A stretch of 64,000 nucleotides of DNA from an uncultured Chloroflexia bacterium (GTDB lineage: Bacteria > Chloroflexota > Limnocylindria > Limnocylindrales > CSP1-4), in contig CAVWLQ010000003.1 in assembly GCA_963755995.1 (NCBI GenBank), positions 388,734-452,733 on the forward strand, given 5' to 3'. The translations under genes and the position numbers were made by a program. This document shows, piece after piece, positions 20,057 through 30,312 of this stretch; the stretch's first letter is position 1, and each line of letters starts with the position of its first letter. Under the pieces are notes generated by a model, which worked only from the letters and a program-made list of their open reading frames with translations, was not told where the DNA came from and searched no databases.

Positions 20057-20148
20057 CAAACGTTCGCCCGACCGCGCCGCGGACAAGGCGGTACGATCGT
20101 CCCAACCGATCCGTCGCGGCCCTGCGCCGCCCAACCCCGAGGTCATGC

Positions 20149-21495
20149 GTGCCCACCACCGTCCCTGAGGTCGCGTTCAGCGACCAGCGCCTCGACAACG
20201 GCCTGCGGGTCATCGTGGCCGAGGATCATCTGGCCCCCGTCGTCGCCGTCAACCTCTGGTACGACGTCGGCTCGAAGCACGAGGTGACCGGCAAGACCGG
20301 CTTCGCCCACCTGTTCGAGCATGTCATGTTCCAGGGCTCCCGCCACGTGGCCAAGGCGGAGCACATCGCGCTGGTCCAGGCGGCCGGCGGCACGATGAAC
20401 GGCTCGACCTGGCTCGATCGCACGAACTACTACGAGACGCTGCCGGCGCACCAGCTCGACCTGGCGCTGTGGCTCGAGGCGGACCGGATGGCCACGCTGC
20501 TCGACGCGCTCAGCCAGGAGAACCTCGACAACCAGCGCGAGGTCGTCAAGAACGAGAAGCGCTGGTCGTACGACAACCGGCCGTACGGGTCGTTCCAGGA
20601 GAAGCTCCAGGGCCACCTGTTCCCGCCGGAGCACCCGTATCACCACTCGACCATCGGCTCGATGGACGACCTCGACGCGGCGACGATCGAGGACGTCAGC
20701 TCGTTCTTCCGGACCTACTACGCGCCGAACAACGCGGTGCTGTCCGTGGTCGGCGACGTGGAGACGGCCGACGTCGTCGCCTCGGCGCGGCGGTTCTTCG
20801 GGGCGATCCCGGCCAACCCGGACATCCCGCCGCTCGGCGACCTCACGCTGCCGCCGACCCTCGGCGGGGAGCGGCGCGAGACGGTCTTCGACCGGGTGCC
20901 GCTGCCGCGCGTCCACGTGGGGTTCCGAGCGCCGGCGTTCGGCGACCCGCGTCTCGATGCGCTCGACCTGGCCGGCCAGATCCTGTCGGGCGGCAAGGGC
21001 AGCCGGCTCAACCGGCGGCTCGTCCGTGACGAGCGGATCGCCCAGGACGTCGCGATCTTCACGCTCGGGTTCGTCGGCGGAGCGTCGGTCACGGCCGGCT
21101 GGGCCACCGTCCGGCCGGGCGTCTCCGTCTCACGCGTGGAGGCGGCCCTCATCGAGGAGCTGGAACGGCTGACCACCGAGCTCGTCAGCGACGACGAGCT
21201 GGCCCGCGCCAAGGCGCTGACCGAGGCCGATGAGCTCGGCGCCCTGCAGCGCGTCGAGGAACGGGCCGACCGGCTGTCGATGTACGCGACGCTGTTCGAC
21301 GACCCCGGTCTCATCAACCGGATGCTGCCGCGCTACCTGGCGGTCACGCCGGAGGCGATCCGCGAGGTCGCCGCGGCGGTCTTCAGGCCCGACAACCGAT
21401 TGGTCCTGACCTACCTGCCCGAGGGCACGTCGGCGGACGACGTGGCCGTCTCGGATGACGGGGCAACGACCGGGGACGACGAGGTGGCGGCATGA
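20149..21495 (+). CDS. M16 (pitrilysin-family) zinc peptidase, catalytic subunit
   Basis: HxxEH motif in GFAHLFEHVMFQGS. Also NGSTWLDRTNYYE. GTG start chosen in-frame in ORF 19858..21495. Confidence 0.88.
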   Translation: MPTTVPEVAFSDQRLDNGLRVIVAEDHLAPVVAVNLWYDVGSKHEVTGKTGFAHLFEHVMFQGSRHVAKAEHIALVQAAGGTMNGSTWLDRTNYYETLPAHQLDLALWLEADRMATLLDALSQENLDNQREVVKNEKRWSYDNRPYGSFQEKLQGHLFPPEHPYHHSTIGSMDDLDAATIEDVSSFFRTYYAPNNAVLSVVGDVETADVVASARRFFGAIPANPDIPPLGDLTLPPTLGGERRETVFDRVPLPRVHVGFRAPAFGDPRLDALDLAGQILSGGKGSRLNRRLVRDERIAQDVAIFTLGFVGGASVTAGWATVRPGVSVSRVEAALIEELERLTTELVSDDELARAKALTEADELGALQRVEERADRLSMYATLFDDPGLINRMLPRYLAVTPEAIREVAAAVFRPDNRLVLTYLPEGTSADDVAVSDDGATTGDDEVAA

Positions 21496-23069
21496 GCACC
21501 ACGACCGATCCGCGGCCGGACGGGCCCGTCCTGGCCGACCGGCCCCAGCCCGGGGCGCCCCGCGCGTACGAGTTCCCGGCGGTCACCGGCCGGACCCTGT
21601 CGAATGGCCTGTCGCTGGTCGTCGCGGACCTGCCCGGGCGCCCGCTCGTCTCGGCCTCGCTGATCCTGACCGGCGGCTCGGTCGAGGAGCCGGCCGAGCT
21701 CGGTGGAGCGATGGTCCTCGCCGCGCGTGCGTTGACCGAAGGCACCGCCCGGCACGACGCGATCGCGCTGACGGAGGCCGCCGAACGACTGGGCGCCTCG
21801 CTCCACGCCGAGGCCGGCTGGGACGCGCTGACGGTCGGCGTGGACGTTCCCGCCAGCCGGCTCGAGCCCGCGCTCGAGCTGGTCGCCGAAGTCCTCCTCG
21901 AGGCGACCTTCCCGGAGTCCGAGGTCGAGCGCCTCCGCGACGAGCGGCTGAACGACCTCCTGCAGGCCCAGGCGGACCCCCGACGACGTGTCGAGGAGGC
22001 GTTCGTCGGCACGATCTACGCCGCCGAGGCGCCGTATCACCGGCCGTCCGGCGGGACGCATGACACCGTGGAACGGCTCACCGCCGACGCCCTGCGCGCG
22101 ACCTACCAGCGAACGCTCCGGCCGGAGCGCGCGACGCTCGTCGTTGGGGGCGACCTCACCGGGCTCGACGTCGATGGGATGGCAGAGCGGCTCTTCGGGT
22201 CATGGGTCGGCTCGGGCGCAGGCGCGACCGCGGACGCCGGCGACGCCATCGACGACACCGGGACGGCCGTCGGACGGCTGGTCCGGGTGATCCACCGACC
22301 GGGCTCGGTCCAGACCGAGATCCGCGTCGGCCACCGCGGCCTCCCCCGACGGATCGCCGACTTCCATGCCGTGTCGGTGATGAGCGCGATCCTGGGCGGC
22401 CTGTTCAACTCGCGCCTCAACATGAAGCTGCGCGAGGAGAAGGGCTACACGTACGGTGCCGGGGCCGGGTTCGACATGCGCCGCGGCGCCGGTCCGTTCT
22501 CCGCTCGCGCCGCCGTGAACACCGAGGTCACCGTGCCGGCCATCGTCGACATGCTGGCGGAGCTGACCCGGATGCGTGACGTGCCGGTCGACGAGGCCGA
22601 GCTGGCCGCCGCCCGGGACTTCCTCATCGGCGTCTTCCCGTTGCGGTTCGAGACCGCCGGGGCCGTCGTCGGTGCGCTCGGCAGCCTGGCGGTGCACGGC
22701 CTGGGCGTCGAGGAGCTGGTCGGCTACCGGCTCAACATCGAAGCCGTCGATGTCGCGGCCGTCGCCGCCGCTGCGCGTTCCCATCTCCACGTCGACGACG
22801 CATCGATCGTGCTGGTCGGGGACGTCGACGCGTTCGGACCGGCCCTCGAGGCGGCCGGTCTCGGCAGGCTCGTCATCGAGCGTGATGAGGCCTCGGTCGT
22901 GACCGGCCCGGCCGACGAGGACGCCCAGCCCGGACCGATCGACGACGAGAGCGACACCGGACCGACGGCCGGCGCCGAGGAGCCCGCCTTGCCGGGTCTC
23001 GACGACACCGCCGCCGACGACGGCGAGGCCACACCGGGCGACCGGACGGCGGTCATCGACCCGGCCTGA
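21492..23069 (+). CDS. M16-family peptidase, non-catalytic partner subunit
   Basis: M16 fold pattern (LSNGLSLVVADLPGRPLVSASL...). The HxxEH position reads GGAMVLAARALTEG. ATGA overlap with the upstream M16 gene. Confidence 0.85.
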   Translation: MSTTTDPRPDGPVLADRPQPGAPRAYEFPAVTGRTLSNGLSLVVADLPGRPLVSASLILTGGSVEEPAELGGAMVLAARALTEGTARHDAIALTEAAERLGASLHAEAGWDALTVGVDVPASRLEPALELVAEVLLEATFPESEVERLRDERLNDLLQAQADPRRRVEEAFVGTIYAAEAPYHRPSGGTHDTVERLTADALRATYQRTLRPERATLVVGGDLTGLDVDGMAERLFGSWVGSGAGATADAGDAIDDTGTAVGRLVRVIHRPGSVQTEIRVGHRGLPRRIADFHAVSVMSAILGGLFNSRLNMKLREEKGYTYGAGAGFDMRRGAGPFSARAAVNTEVTVPAIVDMLAELTRMRDVPVDEAELAAARDFLIGVFPLRFETAGAVVGALGSLAVHGLGVEELVGYRLNIEAVDVAAVAAAARSHLHVDDASIVLVGDVDAFGPALEAAGLGRLVIERDEASVVTGPADEDAQPGPIDDESDTGPTAGAEEPALPGLDDTAADDGEATPGDRTAVIDPA

Positions 23070-23144
23070 AACCTTTTCGGTGCGAGCTGTCTCAGGGGAG
23101 TGAAAGCCGGTCGAGCGACCGGCGCCCTTGGGAGATGACCTGGC

Positions 23145-23660
23145 ATGCGCAACGACGTCAAGCTGGTTCGCGGTATCGCGGTCGCCGCGGTCACGGTGTT
23201 CATGATCGGTGGCGCCGCGTTCGCGGCGGACGGCCTCACGCAGCCGGACCGCGGCAGCGCCCCGGCCGTGCTGTCGCCGAACACGGAGACCGCCGAGCCA
23301 ACGGAGACCGCGGAGCCGACCGAGACCGCCGAGCCGACGGAAACGGCAGAGCCCACCGAGACGGCCGAGCCGACCGAGACCGCGCAGCCGACCGCAACGG
23401 CCGAGCCGACGGAGACCGCGGAACCGACCGGGACCGCCGAGCCGAACGACGACCACGGGCACGACGGCGCCACGCCACAGGCCACCGACGATCAGGGCGG
23501 ACCGGGCCGCGGAAACGGCGACGACGATGCGCCCGACGCCACCGATGACCACGGGGGCCACGGCGGCCATGAGGGCCCCGACGCGACCGACGACCACGGT
23601 GGTGAGAGCGGTCACGGCGGCCACAGCGGCCACGGGGGCGGGGGCGGCGACGACGACTGA
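23145..23660 (+). CDS. secreted low-complexity protein: signal peptide, (TAEPTE)n hexapeptide repeats, Asp/His/Gly-rich tail
   Basis: MRNDVKLVRGIAVAAVTVFMIGGAAFAADG (signal-like), then about 9 x TAEPTE, then ...DDHGHDG...ATDDHGGHGGHEGPDATDDHGGESGHGGHSGHGGGGGDDD. SD-like GGGAGA upstream. Confidence 0.65.
   Translation: MRNDVKLVRGIAVAAVTVFMIGGAAFAADGLTQPDRGSAPAVLSPNTETAEPTETAEPTETAEPTETAEPTETAEPTETAQPTATAEPTETAEPTGTAEPNDDHGHDGATPQATDDQGGPGRGNGDDDAPDATDDHGGHGGHEGPDATDDHGGESGHGGHSGHGGGGGDDD
23286..23447 (+). repeat. 18-bp in-frame tandem repeat x9 (consensus GAGACCGCCGAGCCGACC)
   Basis: Units were counted by hand from 23286. They encode the ETAEPT hexapeptide array of the 23145 gene. Confidence 0.85.
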
Positions 23661-23686
23661 CCCGACGCGGCAGCATCCCGCCCGAC

Positions 23687-24394
23687 GTGCACGGACGGAC
23701 CAGCCGACCATGGATCCGCTCGACCTCCGGCATCATGGGGGCGAGCGGATCCGACTCGCCCGGCCAGGTCCCTCCTCCCCGATCCCGGAGTCGACCGATC
23801 CCTTCCTCGCCAGCCACCGCCGCTTCGTCCGATGAACGGACCGAGCGTTCGATCGTCGAGGCCGTCCTTGACGGCGATCGAGATGCGTACCGTCACCTCG
23901 TGGAGCGCGAGTCGGCTGCGGTCGTCCGAGCCTGCCATCGGGTCCTGGGTGACCTGCACGAGGCCGAGGACGTCGCCCAGGAGGCATTCGTGACCGCGTA
24001 TCGCTCGCTGGCCAGCTGGCGTGCCGACGGACCGTTCGGTGCCTGGCTGACCCGCATCGCCGTCCGGCTCGCGTTGCGCCGCGTCGGACAGCGGCGCTCC
24101 GTGACGTGGCTGGACACCGCGGACGCGGGCGGCGTCGGCGCGTCCATCCCCGCCGACCCCGCGTTCGACCCGGCCACCCAGGCGATGCGGGCCGAGCGGG
24201 CGGCCGACCTGCGAACCGCCGTGTCCGGTCTGCCGGAGCCGTACCGCGAGGTCGTCGTCCTGCGTTTCTACGGCGAGCTCTCCCTGGACGAGATCGCGCG
24301 CCAGACGGATCGGCCGCTCGGCACGGTCAAGACCCACCTGCGCCGCGGCCTGCTCCGGCTGCGCGAGACGGTCGATTCGGGGCACGTTGCATGA
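23687..24394 (+). CDS. ECF (group 4) RNA polymerase sigma factor; start codon uncertain (23687 or 23735)
   Basis: Region 2: DVAQEAFVTAYRSLASWRADGPFGAWLTRIAVRLALRR. Region 4: LPEPYREVVVLRFYGELSLDEIARQTDRPLGTVKTHLRRGL. Confidence 0.85.
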   Translation: MHGRTSRPWIRSTSGIMGASGSDSPGQVPPPRSRSRPIPSSPATAASSDERTERSIVEAVLDGDRDAYRHLVERESAAVVRACHRVLGDLHEAEDVAQEAFVTAYRSLASWRADGPFGAWLTRIAVRLALRRVGQRRSVTWLDTADAGGVGASIPADPAFDPATQAMRAERAADLRTAVSGLPEPYREVVVLRFYGELSLDEIARQTDRPLGTVKTHLRRGLLRLRETVDSGHVA

Positions 24395-25155
24395 CCGGGC
24401 CCATCCGCCGGTTCGATCCCTCGGAGCTGGCCGGCAGCGGCGACCCGGAGCCGTCGACCGCCGAGCTGGCCGAGGCGCTCGCCGTCGCTCGCGACCTCGA
24501 GACGCTGACCGTCGAGCCGGGCATCCGACCCACCGCCGGGTTCGAGGACCGGGTCATGGCCGCGATCGCCACCGAGCCGGCGCCACGGGTCGTCATCCGG
24601 CCCGGGTCGGCGGTCCGCGGCGGCCGGGCCGGCGCACTGCTGCTTGCGATCCGGGATTCGTGGGGTGTCGCCACCAGCGGCGGCCGACCGATGGCGGTCC
24701 GGGCGCAGGCACTCGCATTTGTCCTCCTGGCGGTCGTGGCAGTCGGAGCCCTCACCGGGGTCGGGGCGATGACGGTGGGCTCGCTGCTCGGCCGGGGACC
24801 GGTGCCCAGCCCGACGATCGCTCCCGGCCCGACCGATGTGTCCAGTCCGATCCCGTCGGCGAGCGGCCCGGTGCCGTCGGCCAGTCCGGGCCCGAGCGAC
24901 TCCCCGGACTCCGGAGAGACCGCGAGTCCGACGGCGACGACGCGGCCGGGTGAGACGGCACGGCCCGGCGAGACGCCCAGGCCGACCGAGACGCCCAAGC
25001 CCGGCGAGACGCCGCGGCCCACGCGAACCCCGCGCCCGACCGAGACGCCCAAGCCCGGCGAGACGCCCAGGGGAACGGATGACCACGGCGGTGGCGGTGG
25101 GGGTGGCGGCGGCGGGGGTGGCGGCGGCGGGGGAGGCGGCCCAGGGCCGGGCTAG
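24391..25155 (+). CDS. putative anti-sigma factor: cytoplasmic N-domain, one TM, and an entirely low-complexity extracytoplasmic tail
   Basis: ATGA overlap with the sigma gene. TM segment AQALAFVLLAVVAVGALTGVGAMTV. The tail is Pro/Ser/Thr-rich, then 7 hexapeptide repeats (PGETPR/PTETPK), then GTDDH plus 18 Gly. Confidence 0.6.
   Translation: MTGPIRRFDPSELAGSGDPEPSTAELAEALAVARDLETLTVEPGIRPTAGFEDRVMAAIATEPAPRVVIRPGSAVRGGRAGALLLAIRDSWGVATSGGRPMAVRAQALAFVLLAVVAVGALTGVGAMTVGSLLGRGPVPSPTIAPGPTDVSSPIPSASGPVPSASPGPSDSPDSGETASPTATTRPGETARPGETPRPTETPKPGETPRPTRTPRPTETPKPGETPRGTDDHGGGGGGGGGGGGGGGGGGPGPG
24946..25071 (+). repeat. 18-bp in-frame tandem repeat x7 (e.g. CCGACCGAGACGCCCAAG)
   Basis: Hand-phased units encode PGETAR, PGETPR, PTETPK, PGETPR, PTRTPR, PTETPK and PGETPR. 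A unit matches the 23286 array at about 15/18 nt when offset (CCGACCGAGAC core). Confidence 0.8.
25087..25140 (+). repeat. run of 18 glycine codons (GGN)18
   Basis: GGCGGTGGCGGTGGGGGTGGCGGC..., in frame at the C-terminus of the anti-sigma candidate. Confidence 0.85.
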
Positions 25156-25184
25156 GAGCCCCCCGAGGTCGGTCCTGCGCGGGG

Positions 25185-25190
25185 TACGCT
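25185..25190 (+). promoter_or_regulatory. putative -10 hexamer (TACGCT), leaderless start
   Basis: TANNNT 6 nt upstream of GTG 25197. Confidence 0.35.
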
Positions 25191-25196
25191 CCGCGC

Positions 25197-25862
25197 GTGA
25201 TCGTCGTCATCGGCTCGCCCACGGCCCGGTCGATCGACGGCGCCCTGCAGGCCGCCGGCGCGGCGTCGCGGGTCGCCCTCGCCGCCGCGAGAGGCGGGCG
25301 TTCCGTCCAGCTGGTCGGCAAGACCGGCGACGACGCGACGGCCGACGCGATCGTCCTCGACCTGGCACGCGGCGGGGTCGGCCACGTCGCGCTCCTGCGG
25401 GAGGCAGCCCATCCGACGCCGGTCGACGACGGGCCGTCCGATGACGTCGACCCGGCCACCGATGACCTGGATGGTGCGTCGGAGACGCCGGCGGCCGATC
25501 CGGCCCTCCCCGGCATCCCGACCCTCGAGGCGGCCGACGTCGACCTCGGCCTGCGCTACCTCACGGACTATCGGGTGGTCGTCCTTGCCGATCCGTCCGC
25601 GGCCGACGTGGTCGCGGTCGCCGCGGACGCGGCTCGATGGGGCGAGGCACGGCTGATCGTGGTCGTCGCAGCGGGCCGGCCGGCGCCGGACGGCCTCCCC
25701 GGCGATGCCGTCGTCCTCGAGGCGCCCCAGACCGATCCGGACGGGGCGTTCGCGGACCTGGTCGGTGCGTTCGCGGCCGCGCTCGACGGAGGCGACGAGC
25801 CGGAGACGGCGTTCCGCGCATCGCTCGCGTCGGACGGCTGGAGCGGCGCCGAGTCGGGCTGA
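25197..25862 (+). CDS. PfkB/ribokinase-fold-like protein, probably degenerate
   Basis: The N-terminus (MIVVIGSPTARSIDG...AAGAASRVALAAARGGRSVQLVGKTGDD...LDLARGGVG) resembles PfkB kinases. An acidic insert follows. The C-terminal GAFADLVGAFAAALDGG resembles the (D)xGAGDxF region but is not conserved. Confidence 0.4.
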   Translation: MIVVIGSPTARSIDGALQAAGAASRVALAAARGGRSVQLVGKTGDDATADAIVLDLARGGVGHVALLREAAHPTPVDDGPSDDVDPATDDLDGASETPAADPALPGIPTLEAADVDLGLRYLTDYRVVVLADPSAADVVAVAADAARWGEARLIVVVAAGRPAPDGLPGDAVVLEAPQTDPDGAFADLVGAFAAALDGGDEPETAFRASLASDGWSGAESG

Positions 25863-25907
25863 TCTCGGACGGCGGGCCCGGCTTGCGCCAGCCTCCCGCC
25901 GCTCGCC

Positions 25908-26606
25908 TCAGAGCCCGACGGTCGGCTGGGCCGGCTCGGCCAGGGGCACGATGAGCTCGGGGCCGTCGCGCCGGACGTCGTTGACGAGCCGGACGACCGG
26001 ATAGACGTCGAGGTCCACCGACTCGTTCGGGACGAGCAGCCCGAGCAGCTCCCCCGGATCCGCCGGATGCGGATCGAGCCAGCGATCCCACGCGGTCTCG
26101 TCGATGACGACGGGCATCCGGTCGTGCAGGTCGCTCAGCGCGTCGTTCGGGGTCGTGGTCACGATCGTGAACGTCCGCCGCACGGTCTCCGTGGCCGGGT
26201 CGCGCCAGCCCGCCCAGAGCCCGGCCAGGGCGAGCGGCCGGCCGTCGCGCCGCACCACGCGGTAGGGCTGGCGGACCGTGCCCTCGCGCTTCCACTCGTA
26301 GAACGAATCGACCGGCACGAGACAGCGCTTGCGCGCGAACGCGTCGCGGAAGGCGGGGCTGCTGGTGATCGTCTCGGCCCGCGCGTTGAACATCCGCGAC
26401 CCGACCCTGGCCTCCTTGGCCCAGTGCGGGATCAAGCCCCAGTGGTACGCGGTCACCGCCCGTCGCTCCTCGCGCTGGACGACCACCACGGCCTCGTCCG
26501 TGGGCGCGACGTTGAACCGCCCCCCGGGATCGTCGACGAGCGGCTCGGCCCCGAAGATCTCGGCCAGCTCGGACGCGGGGCGCTCCTGGGTGAACCGACC
26601 GCACAT
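25908..26606 (-). CDS. SOS-response-associated peptidase (SRAP/YedK/HMCES family)
   Basis: MCGRF (Cys2 nucleophile), ...RFNVAPT...HWGLIPHWAKE...MFNARAET...SFYEW. Confidence 0.9.
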   Translation of the reverse strand: MCGRFTQERPASELAEIFGAEPLVDDPGGRFNVAPTDEAVVVVQREERRAVTAYHWGLIPHWAKEARVGSRMFNARAETITSSPAFRDAFARKRCLVPVDSFYEWKREGTVRQPYRVVRRDGRPLALAGLWAGWRDPATETVRRTFTIVTTTPNDALSDLHDRMPVVIDETAWDRWLDPHPADPGELLGLLVPNESVDLDVYPVVRLVNDVRRDGPELIVPLAEPAQPTVGL

Positions 26607-26612
26607 CGTTCG

Positions 26613-26618
26613 AGTCTA
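26613..26618 (-). promoter_or_regulatory. putative -10 hexamer (TAGACT on minus strand), leaderless start of SRAP gene
   Basis: The minus strand reads GCTAGACTCGAACGATG, so TANNNT sits 6 nt upstream of the ATG at 26606. Confidence 0.4.
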
Positions 26619-26681
26619 GCGAGCAGCTACGTAAGCCGGCCGGGGCGCCACCGCTCGCCCGCTCCGCTCGGGCCGCTCCTG

Positions 26682-26687
26682 TACAGT
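26682..26687 (+). promoter_or_regulatory. putative -10 hexamer (TACAGT), leaderless start
   Basis: TANNNT 7 nt upstream of ATG 26695. Confidence 0.4.
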
Positions 26688-26694
26688 CCGGGCG

Positions 26695-27942
<1,248 letters not shown>

Positions 27943-27949
27943 GGCCGCG

Positions 27950-29710
27950 TCAGACCGGCTCCGCCTCCGCCCCGGCGACCGCCGCCTGGGCTCCGGCCCC
28001 CTCGACCGCGGCCTCGACCGAGAGGTAGCAGTGGTCCTCGCCGACGGTCGTCATCAGGCCGGTCCGCCGCATCCGGTCCCGAACCGATCCACGCACCTGC
28101 GCCAGCCGGACGTCCACGCCCCGTCCGGCGAGCTCCGCCTGAAGGGCGGCGAGCATGTCCGTCGTCGCGACATCGAGGTCGGCGGTCGCGCCGATGTCGA
28201 GCACCAGCGCGCGCGGCGCGTCCGCGCGTTCGGCGATGAGGGCCATGATCTGGTCCTTGGCGACGTCGGCGTTGACGAAGGTCAGCGGGACGTTCGGGCG
28301 GAGAACGAGGAAGCCGTCGACCGGCACGGCCGTCGCGTGGCGCCCGGCGTCGGCGTAGACGGGCGGCCGCCCCGGGATCCGGCCGAGGACCGCGATGTAC
28401 GGGCGGCTCGCCTGGTACAGGATCGCCAGCAGTGACAGGGCCACCGCGATGGCCATCCCGGTCAGGGCCGTCGTGAAGACGACGCCGCCCAGGGCCGTCA
28501 TGGCCAGCAGGAAGTCGGTCCGGCGCCAGTCGAGGTAGCGCCGGAGCTCGCCGAGGTTGACGAGGCTCACGACCGAGACGATGACGATCGCGGCCAGGAC
28601 CGAGGTCGGCAGGTTGCGGAAGATCGGGGCGAGCACGATCGCCGTCGCGAGCACCAGGGCGGCCGTGATCAGCGAGGCGAGCTGGGTCCGGTTGCCCGAC
28701 GCCTCCCCGGTCGCGGACTGGCTGAAGCTCGCGTCGACCGGGAACCCCCCGAACAGCCCGCTGGCCACGTTCGAGGAGCCCAGCGCGATCAGCTCCTGGT
28801 CCGGGTCGATGTCGTAGCCATGGCGGGCGCCGAACGAGCGCGCCGCGCCGATCGACTCGGCCAGCGCCAGGAACACGATCCCGAACGCGCCGGTGACGAG
28901 GAAGACGACGTCGCCGATCGGGATCCGCGGGATGCTCGGAGTCGGGATGCCGGTCGCGACCTCGCCGACGACCGCGACACCCTCGGCCGCGAGGTCGAGG
29001 ACGGTCGAGAGCACGATCCCGACGACCAGGACGACGAGCGCTCCGGGGATCCGCGGGGCGACGCGCTTCAGGGTGAAGATGGCGATCATGGATCCGAGCC
29101 CCAGCGCAGCCGTGGCCGGCACGAGCTCGCCGATCTCCCCCGCGATCGCGACCAGTCGCTCGATGATCGTCCCGCTCACGGCCGGAAGACCGAGAAGCGC
29201 CGGGATCTGGCCGACGGTGATGGTGACGGCGAGGCCGATGACGAAGCCGGTCACCACCGACGCCGCCAGGAACTGCGACAGGAAGCCGAGTCGCGCGGCG
29301 CCCGCCACGACCAGGATCGCGCCCACGATGAGCGCCAGAGCCGCCGTCAGCGTGACGAAGGTGGCGGGATCCTGCGAGGCCCCGATCGCGGCGACCACCG
29401 ATGCCGACAGGATCGCGACCGACGAGCTGGCGGTCACCTTGAGGTGGCGCGACGTCCCGAAGATCGCGTACGCCGTCAGCGAGGCGAACGCGGTCACCAG
29501 GCCGAGCTCCGGCGGAACGCCCGCCAGGCCGGCGTAGGCCATCGCGACCGGGACCATGACGCCCCAGCTGACGAGCCCGGCGATCGCATCGAAGCGAAGG
29601 TCCGCCCGGTCGTAGGCGGGCAGCCAGCTGACGATCGGGACGTAATGCCGGATGACTGCGCTGATCGATGGCCGCTGGCGCGCCGGCGCCACGGGCGGCC
29701 GGTCCGTCAC
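27950..29710 (-). CDS. SulP-family anion (sulfate) permease with C-terminal STAS domain
   Basis: Multi-TM SulP core (...LAGVPPELGLV...FGTSRHL...QELIALGSSNVASGLFGGFPV) and a STAS tail (ALVLDIGATADLDVATTDMLAALQAELAGRGVDVRLAQV). Confidence 0.9.
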   Translation of the reverse strand: MTDRPPVAPARQRPSISAVIRHYVPIVSWLPAYDRADLRFDAIAGLVSWGVMVPVAMAYAGLAGVPPELGLVTAFASLTAYAIFGTSRHLKVTASSSVAILSASVVAAIGASQDPATFVTLTAALALIVGAILVVAGAARLGFLSQFLAASVVTGFVIGLAVTITVGQIPALLGLPAVSGTIIERLVAIAGEIGELVPATAALGLGSMIAIFTLKRVAPRIPGALVVLVVGIVLSTVLDLAAEGVAVVGEVATGIPTPSIPRIPIGDVVFLVTGAFGIVFLALAESIGAARSFGARHGYDIDPDQELIALGSSNVASGLFGGFPVDASFSQSATGEASGNRTQLASLITAALVLATAIVLAPIFRNLPTSVLAAIVIVSVVSLVNLGELRRYLDWRRTDFLLAMTALGGVVFTTALTGMAIAVALSLLAILYQASRPYIAVLGRIPGRPPVYADAGRHATAVPVDGFLVLRPNVPLTFVNADVAKDQIMALIAERADAPRALVLDIGATADLDVATTDMLAALQAELAGRGVDVRLAQVRGSVRDRMRRTGLMTTVGEDHCYLSVEAAVEGAGAQAAVAGAEAEPV

Positions 29711-29888
29711 GCGCCGCGCGCCAGGGCGGAACCGGCCCTGGCGGCGGTGTGCGCCCGGCTGTCGTGCCCTCCGGTCCCGTCCTCCATCGACGCCATCGTA
29801 ACAACCGTGTCCGGCCCTCTCAGGCCCGAATCCCGTATGTCACACTGGCGCCGGCCGCATTGGCCTCCAGGTTCAGGAGGGTGTCTGC

Positions 29889-30278
29889 ATGCTTCGACCG
29901 CCCGTGGGGGTCGCCCTGCTCGGGTTCGTCGCCCTGATGGCAGGATTCGCCTACAGCGTCATGGGTCTGCGCTACGCCGGGTACGTCGTCTTCGGGCGGG
30001 GAGACATCGGCCAGGGCCTGCTGTTGTGGGGCTTGCTGACGCTTCTTGTCGGCATCCTGTTCTTCGCCGCCGCGTTCGCGCTCTGGGCCACCCAGCCATG
30101 GGGCTGGCTGTTCACCCACTACCTCGCGATCTTCGGCCTGCTCGAGGCGTTCTTCGTCATGATCGCCAACAACAGCCTGACCGACGGCATCGCGGTGGCG
30201 ATCTTCCCCTTGGTCGTCATCTGGTACCTCAACGACCGTGACGTGAAGGCGGCGTTCGGGATGGACCGGCCGGCCTAG
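29889..30278 (+). CDS. small four-TM membrane protein, unknown function
   Basis: Hydrophobic segments (VGVALLGFVALMAGFAY, LLLWGLLTLLVGILFFAAAFALW, LFTHYLAIFGLLEAFFV, IAVAIFPLVVIWYL). SD CAGGAGGG upstream. Confidence 0.5.
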   Translation: MLRPPVGVALLGFVALMAGFAYSVMGLRYAGYVVFGRGDIGQGLLLWGLLTLLVGILFFAAAFALWATQPWGWLFTHYLAIFGLLEAFFVMIANNSLTDGIAVAIFPLVVIWYLNDRDVKAAFGMDRPA

Positions 30279-30312
30279 GTCCCGGCCGGCGGCCACAGCG
30301 CCGCCGAGCACG

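Noticed and set aside
23286-25140. Regularly spaced short repeats considered as a possible CRISPR array or non-coding satellite.
   Set aside because: The units are contiguous with no spacers, have periods of 18 bp (and 3 bp for poly-Gly), and sit in frame inside ORFs, encoding hexapeptide and Gly repeats. No cas genes are present.
25087-25140. The G-rich run as a regulatory G-quadruplex.
   Set aside because: It is the in-frame (GGN)18 poly-glycine tail of the anti-sigma candidate. Coding constraint explains it, and I have no evidence for a separate DNA or RNA role.
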